From positions 71,506 to 135,505 of the forward strand of contig CAWHWX010000005.1 in the NCBI GenBank assembly GCA_963833125.1: 64,000 nucleotides of DNA, in the 5' to 3' direction. Below are positions 19,160 to 29,496 of this stretch, in pieces. Every line of letters starts with the position of its first letter. The stretch's first letter is position 1. Source of the stretch: Candidatus Bathyarchaeota archaeon (GTDB taxonomy: Archaea > Thermoproteota > Bathyarchaeia > 40CM-2-53-6). The notes beneath the pieces are model-generated. The model worked only from the letters and a program-made list of their open reading frames with translations. It searched no databases and was not told the origin of the DNA. Position numbers and translations under genes: made by a program.

Positions 19160-20065
19160 TTGAAGGGGAGTAAGTGGACCTATGCTATCCCAATAGGTGT
19201 GTGTGTACTGGCTCTGCTCGCGCAAATGCCTCTGAATGCTCTTGGTCAGTGGCCACCGAATGAGAATACATTGACCGTAAACATCTGGCTTAGTCCTCCA
19301 GCACAACTTTCACTTGGGATGTACGATACACGCTCACCGATTGAAATCTTCACACTCGTTACCAACAATTCCCCAAACGATTTCCCCGGTGGAAACCTAA
19401 CTGGTTCAATATTGCCTCCGTCAGCGACCAGATATGTCTTTCCGGTTATCTATGATGTGCCGCCGCTAGCGCGAAACGAAAGTAAACTCTTCAATTTGAC
19501 CGCTTTTCAACCGCCCGAGCCCGGTATATACGTTGTAAGCTACGACAAGTACTTACAGACCAAGTACCTAGCAAATCCCGAATGGCAAGCGTCCGGCGGG
19601 TTCTCCGAATTCTATGTTGAGTCAGCATCAACACTAATCGAATTCTGGTCAGTCATAACTGTGGTGACAGTAGGCGTTTTTTCAGTTGTTGCATCCATCA
19701 CTGTACCTGCCCTGGCCGAACGGCGAAGAACACGCAGACTCAACGAGAGACGCAAAATTGCCGCCTACAGACTACTAAAGGGGTTACTAACACCAGTAGA
19801 GAGCAGGTCAAGGACACTTGCACCACCTCAGGCAGCGCCCTTCCAGCAGGCATATCTGACTCAACATGAACTTGACAGAATCAACCAAATCATTGCCGAC
19901 TATCATGACGTGCTAGAAGATAGTACCGCGCAGCTGTGGGACAGAACAAATGTCTCATCTGTAACGACACGCAAAGCCGCTGGAATCTCAGCGCCTTACG
20001 TCATGGACCTACGGACATTTGCGGAAAATGTGCACACTCGATACGCATCGCTGATCGTCCCTTGA
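19160..20065 (+). CDS. hypothetical secreted/membrane protein (Ig-like ectodomain, TM, cytoplasmic tail)
   Basis: Signal peptide, beta-rich domain with PGIY, then a TM followed by basic residues. Confidence 0.65.
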   Translation: MKGSKWTYAIPIGVCVLALLAQMPLNALGQWPPNENTLTVNIWLSPPAQLSLGMYDTRSPIEIFTLVTNNSPNDFPGGNLTGSILPPSATRYVFPVIYDVPPLARNESKLFNLTAFQPPEPGIYVVSYDKYLQTKYLANPEWQASGGFSEFYVESASTLIEFWSVITVVTVGVFSVVASITVPALAERRRTRRLNERRKIAAYRLLKGLLTPVESRSRTLAPPQAAPFQQAYLTQHELDRINQIIADYHDVLEDSTAQLWDRTNVSSVTTRKAAGISAPYVMDLRTFAENVHTRYASLIVP

Positions 20066-20091
20066 ACTCACTTTGTTTGGTTTGAAGACTT

Positions 20092-20751
20092 TTGTCAAAT
20101 GAGAAGAAGCCCGTTCTCCGAGAAACGTGGAAGATTATCAAGGATATTCTTGCAGTAATCTCTGCAATTGCAGCAGTTACTGACTTGTACCAATCGCGCA
20201 TGATTCTGTGGCAGGCAATCCAAACAGGAGAACCATTGCTAGTGACCGTTGTCCTACTGCAGACCTCATGGTTTTTGTTTGGCGTCTTCTTGTTGTGTGC
20301 AATACTTGTATTCCATCACAATGACCGGTTGACCAAGGACAATTTGATTCCTTCAACCGTGGCTCTTCTAATCGCGAGTTTTCTGCTGACGTGGGGTATC
20401 CGAGCATCATACTTCGGTGTAACTGGACACATATACCCGGGCCAAAACCTGCTTGAGTTTAGGGTTGAGACAATAGTTGCTGCTGCTGTGCTTTTCGTCT
20501 GCGGTATTATCCTTGTGATTATCCCGATCTGGGCAGAGTCCGAAGGTGAAATTCCTGAGCTTGTCTTTGATAGAAAGCCCGTAACAGACCCAAACCAGAT
20601 AGCGAAATTGCAAGAAAATCTGCGGTCAATATTGGACGAAAAGCACACGCCTTCTTGTAACGTTCAAGAGAGGAAGTGCCAAAAATTACGAATGTTTCAC
20701 TATGGCCTAGCCAAATCTGAAGCGAAGTGTAAATGCTCATGCCACAAATGA
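20092..20751 (+). CDS. hypothetical membrane protein with Cys/His-rich tail
   Basis: Four TM helices; C-terminal H..C...C...H...CKCSCH. Confidence 0.6.
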   Translation: MSNEKKPVLRETWKIIKDILAVISAIAAVTDLYQSRMILWQAIQTGEPLLVTVVLLQTSWFLFGVFLLCAILVFHHNDRLTKDNLIPSTVALLIASFLLTWGIRASYFGVTGHIYPGQNLLEFRVETIVAAAVLFVCGIILVIIPIWAESEGEIPELVFDRKPVTDPNQIAKLQENLRSILDEKHTPSCNVQERKCQKLRMFHYGLAKSEAKCKCSCHK

Positions 20752-20908
20752 CAAATCCGTCAATCCGTCAGGGCATCAGTTACGTCACTTATCCACGCAC
20801 GAGACCGAACTAAACCTGCAAGCTCTAAGCCAGCAAGTGTCCCAAAGCACAATCAAATAGAACTTTCTCGGGGTACTTTCATTCGCAGTCATACGTTAGG
20901 CAGCCCAT

Positions 20909-21310
20909 TTGTATATTCGGTACGTAACTGTTGACAAGAAGGCCCGTCTCTTGACACGAAGAAAACGAATACCTTTCACCCCAACCCTCGTTGCGCTTAT
21001 TGGGCTAGCTCTAAGCATATTTCTGATGGCGTCCAATTCTAGAGGTACAATCGTGATGAAACTTGGCGAGTTTGAACTGCAAACTGACATGGTGGGTTTT
21101 GCAGTCTTTGTCGCCGTGCTTGGATACGTGGCATACATCGTCCGAGTTACGTACAGGAATGGAAAAAGTGGACGGCGAGAAATCCCTTTTTACGACCCTC
21201 CCTCGCCGCACGATACGAGCGGAACCATTGAGTGTTACAGGTGTGGCAAGAAGATGTCTCGGTCACTGCCAGCATGTCCCTATTGCGGTCATAAGCGACC
21301 GCTGTACTAG
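20909..21310 (+). CDS. 2-TM protein with C-terminal zinc ribbon
   Basis: CYRCG...CPYCG. Confidence 0.65.
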   Translation: MYIRYVTVDKKARLLTRRKRIPFTPTLVALIGLALSIFLMASNSRGTIVMKLGEFELQTDMVGFAVFVAVLGYVAYIVRVTYRNGKSGRREIPFYDPPSPHDTSGTIECYRCGKKMSRSLPACPYCGHKRPLY

Positions 21311-21368
21311 GTGATAACTACTTTTCCCTATCATTCTCATCATCAGCGAGCCGAGTGATAGTCTATGA

Positions 21369-21902
21369 TTAAGGGCCGTTCTTAATCAGGTCGACTAGCT
21401 TGCCATAAAGGACATCAAAGACTATCTCAACCGTTTCTTCGACAGACTCAAGGTATTCCTTGCTAGTCTGAACGCCTGACCAAAGGCGCAGATTTCTGCC
21501 GGGATGAACCAAGTCTCTTACCTCTCGAACAACATCTGCAAAGTACCACACATCACCTTGCTTTAGAGCGTCATCTGAGTCGATCTCCGACTTTCGTGCA
21601 ATCTTGTCAATAGGAACTTTCGTAGGCAACCATTTCATTTCATTCGCCAAAACTAGAAGGTCATAAAGATTCCATTCCCTGAGATCTGGCTTCTGTTTCG
21701 TTCGGAAGGTCTCCGAACGAGACACTTCGTCTTCACAACAGTAGGCCATTCCCAGCAGACCCGCTTCCATTGCCGCACCAATCATCACGCAACTAGCTAA
21801 TGACGCACCAGCCTTCTTGCATTTGTCTACTTCTAACCTATTTTGCTCGATAAGTTTCAAAAGAGAGTTGAATTCGTCATCGCTAACGCTTAACATGGGC
21901 AT
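21369..21902 (-). CDS. HEPN-like (DUF4145-type) protein
   Basis: A..VMIGAAMEA.L helix and REVRDLVHP Rx-H motif. Confidence 0.6.
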   Translation of the reverse strand: MPMLSVSDDEFNSLLKLIEQNRLEVDKCKKAGASLASCVMIGAAMEAGLLGMAYCCEDEVSRSETFRTKQKPDLREWNLYDLLVLANEMKWLPTKVPIDKIARKSEIDSDDALKQGDVWYFADVVREVRDLVHPGRNLRLWSGVQTSKEYLESVEETVEIVFDVLYGKLVDLIKNGP

Positions 21903-22053
21903 CTAACTCTTCAACCAGAGTTTGAATGCTTCCTCTAAGGTCTTGGTTGCTGCATCTTTCAAGGGCGTACCCTAAACTAGAGTTGCCCTATGGAGCATCA
22001 TCGCATTGAACTCTTCGCACTTTGACTCGGATCCAGGCTTGAGCTGGTCTAGA

Positions 22054-22981
22054 ATGATGCCTAGCGGGGAATCAGTGGGCCTGTCAAGACACCGACAGCA
22101 GATATCGTTCGATCGCGGAGCGATTGATGCGAGTATCGGTTATCTGAAGAATAGGACAAATGGGAACTTTGAAGGGATCATATCGACGCCCGGAGGCAAG
22201 CTTGCGTACAGGCATCATCTATGGTCCTCAATTTCGTCAAGATTGGCCATTAGGGAATTTTGGAAGAAGCAATTGGAGGGACTCCAATGGAGCCAACAGC
22301 TGGAGACCGCAATTACAGACATTATTCAATATTTGTCTGATCGGAAAAGAGACTGGCTTCCTGCAACTCTGAGGTATGTTCCGCGAGGGCATGTCTTCAA
22401 TAGCACGATCTACCTGATCGGAGGCTACGACAACATCGTCTACGGCGAAGATGTTGCATTGAATCTCAACTTCAAAAAATTCCAGGCCGACCATCGAGAA
22501 GCCGTATACTACTTGATTCACGAGCTGGCACACGCAGGATATTTCAGGTACCGTCGAATGCCAAACCTTGTAAACCTCAAGACGTTGCGCGACCTATTGA
22601 ATTCAGTGAGGCTATTGACGCATCTTGAAGGCATGGGCGTTATTAGCCCATTCAAGCTAAGGATGAAGGAGGGCGGCCTCTCGGACTGCGGACTACAAAG
22701 TCCTGCTGAACCAAGAGGAAAGAGAGGCAAGGGTCCACGATTACTTCTCAAGACTGTCGAGCCTGGAGGATGCTCCGAACCGAAAACTGGACAAAGAGGA
22801 TTATCAGATTCTAGAAGATTGCAGCTGTCAACCCAAACGCCTATGGTACATAACGAGGGGCCACATGGCCTTGAAAATTGAAGACCGGTATGGGACCGCC
22901 AAATTAGGCAGGATCGTGAGAAAAGGTCATGAAGCATTCTTCAAATCATATTTGCAGATAGAGAATCCTGGGTTAACTTAG
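22054..22981 (+). CDS. DUF5700-like putative Zn-dependent protease; frameshifted near 22690-22860
   Basis: IHELAH followed by HLEGMG; alternate frames continue to TAG at 22979-22981. Confidence 0.7.
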
Positions 22982-23057
22982 CTTCCCCCCGTAACGCATG
23001 AAAACGGGTGAAGGAGGGCTCGAAACCCTGATTTGTTTGCAACATTAAGACCAGTCC

Positions 23058-23525
23058 ATGGCTAACAAAAACCTGAGAATCGTTAAGGCGAATGCGAAAC
23101 ATTCAGCATTGGCTTCGCCCCTCTTTGATGCGTACAGGCAGTTTTACAAGAAAAAGTCTGACGTGACAACCGCTCGGAAATTCCTGAACCGACGGCTGAA
23201 GAATAGAGAGTCGGTTCTATTCCTGGCCATCGCGGACCGGGGAAGGCATGGGAAACCGGTGGGGTTCGTGCATCTGTATCCGACTTTCTCATCCCTAACT
23301 CTTCGGCGAGAATGGATATTGTCCGACCTCTTCGTTATTCCGGAAGCGCGTCGCGGAGGGGTTGGTGAGGCTCTAATGGATCATGCTCGTCAGTTTGCCA
23401 GAGAAACCAACGCCGATGCTCTTCTCCTTGAGACGGCTATGGACAACTTCAGAGCTCAGAAGTTATACGAGAAACTCGGATACGTCCGTGACGAGGTATT
23501 CTATCGTTATGCGTTGGCAATCTAA
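23058..23525 (+). CDS. GNAT family N-acetyltransferase
   Basis: LFDAYRQFY, DLFVIPEARRGGVG, N..AQKLYEKLGY. Confidence 0.92.
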   Translation: MANKNLRIVKANAKHSALASPLFDAYRQFYKKKSDVTTARKFLNRRLKNRESVLFLAIADRGRHGKPVGFVHLYPTFSSLTLRREWILSDLFVIPEARRGGVGEALMDHARQFARETNADALLLETAMDNFRAQKLYEKLGYVRDEVFYRYALAI

Positions 23526-23532
23526 TCCTACC

Positions 23533-23886
23533 CTAAGCGGCGCGGATTATGGGCGTGCGTAAGTTCTTCTCTAGAATTGGTGGGACCTTCTTCTTCAGTA
23601 GGCTGACGAGTTCTGGATCCCCTCGGAAGAATCTGTCCGGTATGTTTAGAATTCGTATCTTGGCAGGGTTACATTGAAAGTGCGATCGTATGTAATCGCT
23701 GTGGTGTCCCTCCATGACTAGGATTAGATCTGCCCAATCGACGAGTTTCTGAGTCAATAATTTCCCCGATGGTTCTGGCATGGTTCCAGCTGACTTAGCT
23801 TCCCATCCTTTCCAGCCTTGGAATAGGTTCTCGCCGGTTGGACTGCGTTGAAGATTCGCTGTACAAACGAATAGTACTTTCCGCAT
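23533..23886 (-). CDS. low-molecular-weight protein-tyrosine-phosphatase-like protein
   Basis: FVCTANLQRS P-loop, SAGT, WADLILVME, IPD. Start placed at MRKVLF. Confidence 0.85.
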   Translation of the reverse strand: MRKVLFVCTANLQRSPTGENLFQGWKGWEAKSAGTMPEPSGKLLTQKLVDWADLILVMEGHHSDYIRSHFQCNPAKIRILNIPDRFFRGDPELVSLLKKKVPPILEKNLRTPIIRAA

Positions 23887-24112
23887 GGTTAACCCGTGGG
23901 CGTTGGATTGATGTAATCGTTCTTCAACGAACCTGTTGAACTTGGGCCACATATGTGTGCTGGTACATTACGGTTTGACTTCCCGCGCCACAAGCCGTGG
24001 GCGTTTGATGTTTGTGTCGACACTCTAGCAAGGTCTTTTGTGTTAGACTGCTTCTGTTGGCGTGCCCGGTAGTGGTCTGCGGTTCGTGTTTCCAGTAGTA
24101 GGTTTACAGTCT

Positions 24113-25271
24113 TTGAAGTTATCAACTTCATCATTGTTGGCGTTGGGTCACGGGGTCAATGATCTATTCTCGAACAGTCTTTCTGGCTTACTACCGATAA
24201 TCACTGGATTGTTCGGTCTCTCGTATCTGCTTGCGGGAGTCGTCGCAATGGTCTTCAACGTGACCTCATCGATCATGCAACCGTTGTTCGGTCATTGGTT
24301 CGACCGCTCGCACATCGCGTGGCTCATGGAGGCTGGGTTGGCGTTGAACTGCGTCGGCATGAGCTTGCTTGGTTTTTCCTCAAGCTATGTCCTACTGCTA
24401 TTTTTCGTGGGGTCCGCTGGGTTGGGAACAGCAGCTTTCCATCCGCCCGCGTTTTCAGCAGTCGTGAAGTCGGGCAGGTCATCGCCAGGTAAGGATATGG
24501 GCGTCTTTCTCTCAGCGGGAAATACCGGCTTCTTTCTCGGACCATTCGTTGCTGGTGCACTGGGCTCGGCGTTCGGTTTGCGTGGGATGGTGTTGTTGCT
24601 TCCGGTTGGTTTGGTGGTTGCGGTTGTTCTCTTCAGAGCGAAGATTAACCCTAAGAATGTTGAAGAGAATATTTCGAAAGAGTCATTTCCCTGCGAATAA
24701 ACGGATTCTGAGCATACTGGCCGGCATAACTGCCCTTCGCTCCGTAACGCTGCAAACCGCCGTGACTTTCCTTCCACTATACTTTGTGGCACGCGGTGAT
24801 TCGCTCTTGCTGGCAACTGCGATTGCGTCCATCTGGCTCGGGGTAGGTGTGCTGGGGCAGGTTGGAGGCGGTTACGTCTCAGACCGGATTGGGAGGCGGC
24901 TAATAATAGTGACCTCGCTTCTGTTCGGCGGCCTATTGTTCTACGGTTTTCTTTTGACGAATGGTTTCATTTCGCTAATTCTACTTGCCTTGTCCGGCGC
25001 CGCACTGTACGCAAGTTGGTCGGTGATCGTCGTGATGGCTTCAGAAGCCGCCCCCAGTAACATTGGAGCAGTTTCGGGGTTCATGCTAGGTTTCTACGTT
25101 GGAATCGGGGGCATAGCCGCTTTGGGCTTCGGAGCGTTAGCGGATAGTATCGGCTTAGGCGCCGCTTTCGAGATAATCGCGGGTTTTGCGCTTATCGCTG
25201 GATTGCTCGCTCTATTTCTACCCAAAACCAGCGCAAGCGTGACTCCTTTGCAGTACGCGGATTCGAATTGA
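24113..25271 (+). CDS. MFS transporter (Fsr-like); frameshift near 24690
   Basis: GHGVND, QP.FG..FDR, AFHPP, SDRIGRR; two overlapping ORFs join into 12 TM helices. Confidence 0.85.
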
Positions 25272-25393
25272 CGTATCAGTTCTCGAAGGTGTGTAGTAAT
25301 ATTCAAGAAATTTAAGTACGAATCCTGCGGGTAACGCGCTATTCCCTCCACATCCTAAATACGCTTGAGGCGGAAGCTTCTCCGAGTCGGGCC

Positions 25394-26293
25394 ATGAAGC
25401 GCGGAGCAAGTAGCATTCGATATGGGCTCTACGTACCAAACTTTGGCAAAGCCTGTTCCCCTCAGGCGCTTGTTCAGTTGGCAGGTGAGGCGGAGGATTA
25501 TGGGTGGGACGGGTTCTTCCTTTGGGATTCTATATCCGGCGAGGACAGAAAGCTCCCGACCGTAGACGCCTTCATCACACTCGCGGCAGTGGCTGCGAAT
25601 ACTAAGAGAATCCGGCTTGGCACAACCGTCACAGCACTTCCACGACTGAGACCATGGAAGGTCGCTCGCGAAACAGCAACACTCGACCATCTATCCAATG
25701 GACGATTAACCTTGGGCGTCGGACTTGGCTTTCCACCCGATCAAGAGTTCAGCAGGTTCGGTGAAGACCCGAATAACAAAGTGAGGGCAGCGAAACTGGA
25801 CGAGGCACTCGAAATACTCGTGGGTTTATGGAGTGGCGAACCGTTCGCGTACCGAGGGACATACTTCACAGTTAAGCGCACACAATTCCTCCCACCATCA
25901 AAGCAGAAACCCCGCGTACCCATTTGGGTGGGAGGCTTCTGGCCCCACAAACGACCCTTCATTCGCGCAGCCAAGTGGGACGGCGTAATCCCTCTGATAA
26001 CTCCAATGAGGCTTCCTCAGTCAGATGACCTGCGCACAATCCTAAGCTACATCAACAGGCATCGAACCAGTGAAACCCCATTTGATGTAGTCAAGATCGG
26101 CTGGACTTCCGGCAAGTTCCCAAAGAAAGATGCTGAGAAGATTAGGTTCTTCGCGGAAGCAGGGATGACGTGGTGGCTTGAGAGTCTCTACGGAAAGACG
26201 AATTCTCTGGAAAAGATGCGTCAGAGAATTCGAATGGGCCAACCCGGGAAGACCCGCCTAGCTGGCTTGAAAAAAGGTGTGATGGGACGCTAA
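25394..26293 (+). CDS. LLM-class flavin-dependent oxidoreductase
   Basis: AE..GWDGFFLWD, RIRLGT.VT, DHLSNGRL.LGVG, PIWVGG. Confidence 0.9.
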   Translation: MKRGASSIRYGLYVPNFGKACSPQALVQLAGEAEDYGWDGFFLWDSISGEDRKLPTVDAFITLAAVAANTKRIRLGTTVTALPRLRPWKVARETATLDHLSNGRLTLGVGLGFPPDQEFSRFGEDPNNKVRAAKLDEALEILVGLWSGEPFAYRGTYFTVKRTQFLPPSKQKPRVPIWVGGFWPHKRPFIRAAKWDGVIPLITPMRLPQSDDLRTILSYINRHRTSETPFDVVKIGWTSGKFPKKDAEKIRFFAEAGMTWWLESLYGKTNSLEKMRQRIRMGQPGKTRLAGLKKGVMGR

Positions 26294-27324
26294 GGCCCTG
26301 TAGTCGTAGTCGCGTTTACTGTTGTCGTAACGTTCCCTTGGGTTATTGTGGTGTTGGCTACAGTAGATGTTACCGTATAGCTGATAGTCACATTAGCGAC
26401 AGTTTGAGTTTGAGTCACAGAAATTGTCTGATTAAGGTACCGAGTCACCGTGACGGTGACGTTTGACGGAGTTTGTATGACCGACGGAGGTATGTTGCTC
26501 GAAGCCATGACCGTCGAATTAGTCGAATTACTGAGAGTCATGGACGAAGTTACATTGACGACAGCTGTCGAGGTCATGTTTCCAGACTCAATGCTTGTTG
26601 TGTTTTGCAGCTGGACGGTTGATGATGTGGTTGTGGAATTGGTGGTTTGAGTATTGTTTTGTGGAATCGTAGTTAGAGAGGTAGACGAAGTTACTGTGGC
26701 GTTGGTTGTTGTCATGTTTACAGGTTGTATACTTGTAGTGTTTTGAAACTTGACCGTTGATGAGGTAGCTGTTGAATTGGTTTGAGTACTATTTTGCGGA
26801 ACCGTTGTCACCGATGTAGAATTCGTATTGGTGTTCCCAGAATTCATGACCAAGTTGCCATTGGTTTCATTGACCGTACCGGAAAGTGTGAGGTAGGAGG
26901 TTGAAGCAAGTTGGCTTTCTGGTGAGTTGAACGTAACAGTGTTGTTATTGGTCATTGTCCCAATAAGGATCAGTTGACCCTTCCCGGAGTTCGTGTCAGC
27001 GAATATTGCTGTGGCTCCAGCGTTCTTTACGCTTCCTTGACCACCGGTTATTTGGATGGTCGTAGAGCCAATTTGAAGGGATCCTGTGACGTTTTGTATC
27101 ATGAGCCACTGGTTAGAGGTCACGTTGGCATCGCCAGTGAGCTTTAGCGTGCATGCGCCTGAGAGGCCGTTACCAATTGCGGTAGCCTGACCATTCAAGT
27201 CGAGGGTGATGGTCTTGGTTTGGACTTGTTGATCTCCGGCTGCCAGCGCGGGAGTCAGGGCGAGAATTGCTATCGTTACGAACAGCGCAGCGAAAAGGTG
27301 TTGTTGGGTGGGAGTTGGTTTCAT
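26290..27324 (-). CDS. secreted Thr/Ser/Asn-rich glycoprotein with an internal duplication
   Basis: Signal peptide, many N-x-T/S sequons, two copies of TT.PQN.TQT.NST.TSSTV..QNTTSI...NMT. Confidence 0.7.
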   Translation of the reverse strand: MKPTPTQQHLFAALFVTIAILALTPALAAGDQQVQTKTITLDLNGQATAIGNGLSGACTLKLTGDANVTSNQWLMIQNVTGSLQIGSTTIQITGGQGSVKNAGATAIFADTNSGKGQLILIGTMTNNNTVTFNSPESQLASTSYLTLSGTVNETNGNLVMNSGNTNTNSTSVTTVPQNSTQTNSTATSSTVKFQNTTSIQPVNMTTTNATVTSSTSLTTIPQNNTQTTNSTTTSSTVQLQNTTSIESGNMTSTAVVNVTSSMTLSNSTNSTVMASSNIPPSVIQTPSNVTVTVTRYLNQTISVTQTQTVANVTISYTVTSTVANTTITQGNVTTTVNATTTTGP

Positions 27325-27516
27325 TTCTTTCGTGCCTGTTGAATGATTGCTGGTATATCAATGTTCTTTCTGCGAAACATCACCGTTTCATTGCAAATCT
27401 ACGAGAGGCAAGTACCACAATTATCGCCGCTAATGTCTTTAGGGATAGGGGTGGACGACCAATTGGGCTGAGGCTATATCCCGCGATTATGTAAGTAAAC
27501 TAAGGCGAGATGACCA

Positions 27517-27909
27517 GTGCGAAATTCCATCTACATGATTGCCCTGTCAGTTCTCCTCATCGGCATTTGCATGGGTGGAGTTGCTGGACTGGGAGTTACC
27601 GCTGGGTACACGGTTTACGTGAGCTTCTTCTATCCGCTTCACTTCTTGTATAACCTGCAAGTTACAATTCGGGATCAGACCGGCCGTGTCGTTGGGTCCG
27701 GAATTAGTTATGACGGAAGTATGGTTGTAATTCCGGCTCGAACAGAGGCGTCGACAGTATGGTTGACCGTAAGCGTGTCGGGGTATGCCAGCGGTCCTTT
27801 GACCTATTACATGACCAATCCGCCCTTCTGGGCGATACATGGCGCTTCAATATCACCAGTTCAAAGCAATGGCGGCGATTACTGGGTTACCGTAGACTTG
27901 TCACAATAG
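27517..27909 (+). CDS. hypothetical secreted protein
   Basis: Signal peptide followed by a beta-strand-rich domain. Confidence 0.6.
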   Translation: MRNSIYMIALSVLLIGICMGGVAGLGVTAGYTVYVSFFYPLHFLYNLQVTIRDQTGRVVGSGISYDGSMVVIPARTEASTVWLTVSVSGYASGPLTYYMTNPPFWAIHGASISPVQSNGGDYWVTVDLSQ

Positions 27910-27989
27910 GAAGCAACCAATCTAACCCGGTCTCCAAATCCATTCATTGCAGATTAATCTGCGAACTTCCGAAGTTCCGCGGTGATAAG

Positions 27990-28391
27990 TCAATGCTTAG
28001 TCGTCTTTCTTAGCCGGGATCCTAATTCGATCCAGTTCCCATCTGGATCCCTGACGTAAGCCAAGAACCATTTGCCTTCTTTGAATGGGGCGATGGCCCC
28101 TTTCCGGTTTTTGGTTAAGGTACGGTATGCGGTGGGTGCGTCTTTCACTTCGAAAGCTAAATGGTCAAGCCCTGATTTTCCGCCATGCGGGTATCTCTTT
28201 GGGTACCAGTTAAGTTCTAGAATTTGCCTTGTTCCCTTAGTAGTTAGCCATGCGACGCGTCCTCCGGTTTCCTTTATTGGAGTCTTGAAGAGCAATTTCA
28301 TTCCCAACGCTTTTCTGTAGAACGTGATTGACCGTTCCAGGTTGGAAACGTGGATTCCGGTGTAGATGAATTTTGATTGCAAATTCATCAC
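27990..28391 (-). CDS. VOC/glyoxalase family protein
   Basis: V.NLERSI.FY...LG, LEL, HLAFEV, DPDGNWIEL. Confidence 0.9.
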   Translation of the reverse strand: MMNLQSKFIYTGIHVSNLERSITFYRKALGMKLLFKTPIKETGGRVAWLTTKGTRQILELNWYPKRYPHGGKSGLDHLAFEVKDAPTAYRTLTKNRKGAIAPFKEGKWFLAYVRDPDGNWIELGSRLRKTTKH

Positions 28392-28449
28392 TCGAACACA
28401 TCCATCCGTTGCCGATATAAGTTCGCAGAAGCGGGGGGAGGCGACTTGC

Positions 28450-28806
28450 TCACTCAGTTACGCCGATAAAGTCGATTGGTGCAGAAGGTCGTCCCTTTCG
28501 GATGGCGTTGCTCTCGCTCTCCAAATAGGTCAGCAGGTCCTGAATTTTGCGATAAGCCTCCAAGAATTCCAGTCCTTTCCTGGTTACGTAGTAGAATCGA
28601 CGTTGGACTAGGCTGGATTGCAATGGATCGCCCTTTACACGAACAACAACCAGCTCACAATGTGCCAAGCCATCAAGCATCGGCTTGATTCGGTCTAGCG
28701 GAAGACCGGCTCCGTAGGAAAGTCTAGTGATGAGAACACCTTCGGGTTGCCGTTTCAGGACTTCTAGGATGTCACGGTAGATATCCAGTCTGGCGCGTTT
28801 CTTCAA
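28450..28806 (-). CDS. archaeal winged-helix transcriptional regulator
   Basis: KRARLDIYRDIL...ITRLSYGAGL...YYVTRKG.EFL. Confidence 0.85.
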   Translation of the reverse strand: MKKRARLDIYRDILEVLKRQPEGVLITRLSYGAGLPLDRIKPMLDGLAHCELVVVRVKGDPLQSSLVQRRFYYVTRKGLEFLEAYRKIQDLLTYLESESNAIRKGRPSAPIDFIGVTE

Positions 28807-28858
28807 GGTGCTTGCTGTCCCAAGGAAGGTAAATCACAGGTTCTCAGCCGAGTCATTT

Positions 28859-29329
28859 CTACTTCTTCTTTATAGGAACCTGCACTTCCGTGTTCGCCCA
28901 CGCTCGACGGCTCGTCCAAGGGCTCGCAATGTAGACCTCCCTATGTCGACCCGCCTCTCTGAAAGGGTGGTATTGGAGCCAGCCCTCGATGCCATGGTAA
29001 ACAAGTGAGTCTGAGAATTTGTCTGGGTCAAACGTAACGCTTGCTACACGTTGCCTTGGCAAAGTCATGATCTTGATCCTTCCCTCAGGCTTTGCATTTC
29101 CCTTAATTTCAAGGCAGGCTACTGAACGCCGCTTATGTTGAGGGCGTTTTCCCCATTCATCAATGAAGTACATGATCCACTTTCCAGTGCGCAGTTTCCT
29201 CTTCTTTGCCCACTTTACAAGTTGACCAAATTCCGCCCGCCACATATTCTGACCACTGTACGGGCCGATGTGGACAAGGTAAGCAACTTTGTAGCTTGGG
29301 GCCACTTTCACTTTGATGTCGACGAACAA
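28859..29329 (-). CDS. GyrI-like small-molecule-binding protein
   Basis: VAYL.H.GPY, REVY, TEVQVPI. Confidence 0.8.
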   Translation of the reverse strand: MFVDIKVKVAPSYKVAYLVHIGPYSGQNMWRAEFGQLVKWAKKRKLRTGKWIMYFIDEWGKRPQHKRRSVACLEIKGNAKPEGRIKIMTLPRQRVASVTFDPDKFSDSLVYHGIEGWLQYHPFREAGRHREVYIASPWTSRRAWANTEVQVPIKKK

Positions 29330-29496
29330 CCTTGGTCACTTAAACGCGTGTGTACGATTTTATTTTAAACCTTGCTCACGTGACTTGGGCTACAACAAGA
29401 GGTCCCACTCTTGCTTTCATCCCTCAGAAGCGACTGCGCACTAATCGTAAATAGCTGACGCGAAATCTTGGCGTCGCAAATAAGTCGGTCTGGCAT

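Noticed and set aside
18890-21360. Integron cassette array (GTTAGGC near 20896, orphan genes)
   Set aside because: No paired RYYYAAC/GTTRRRY palindromic attC sites between the genes and no IntI.
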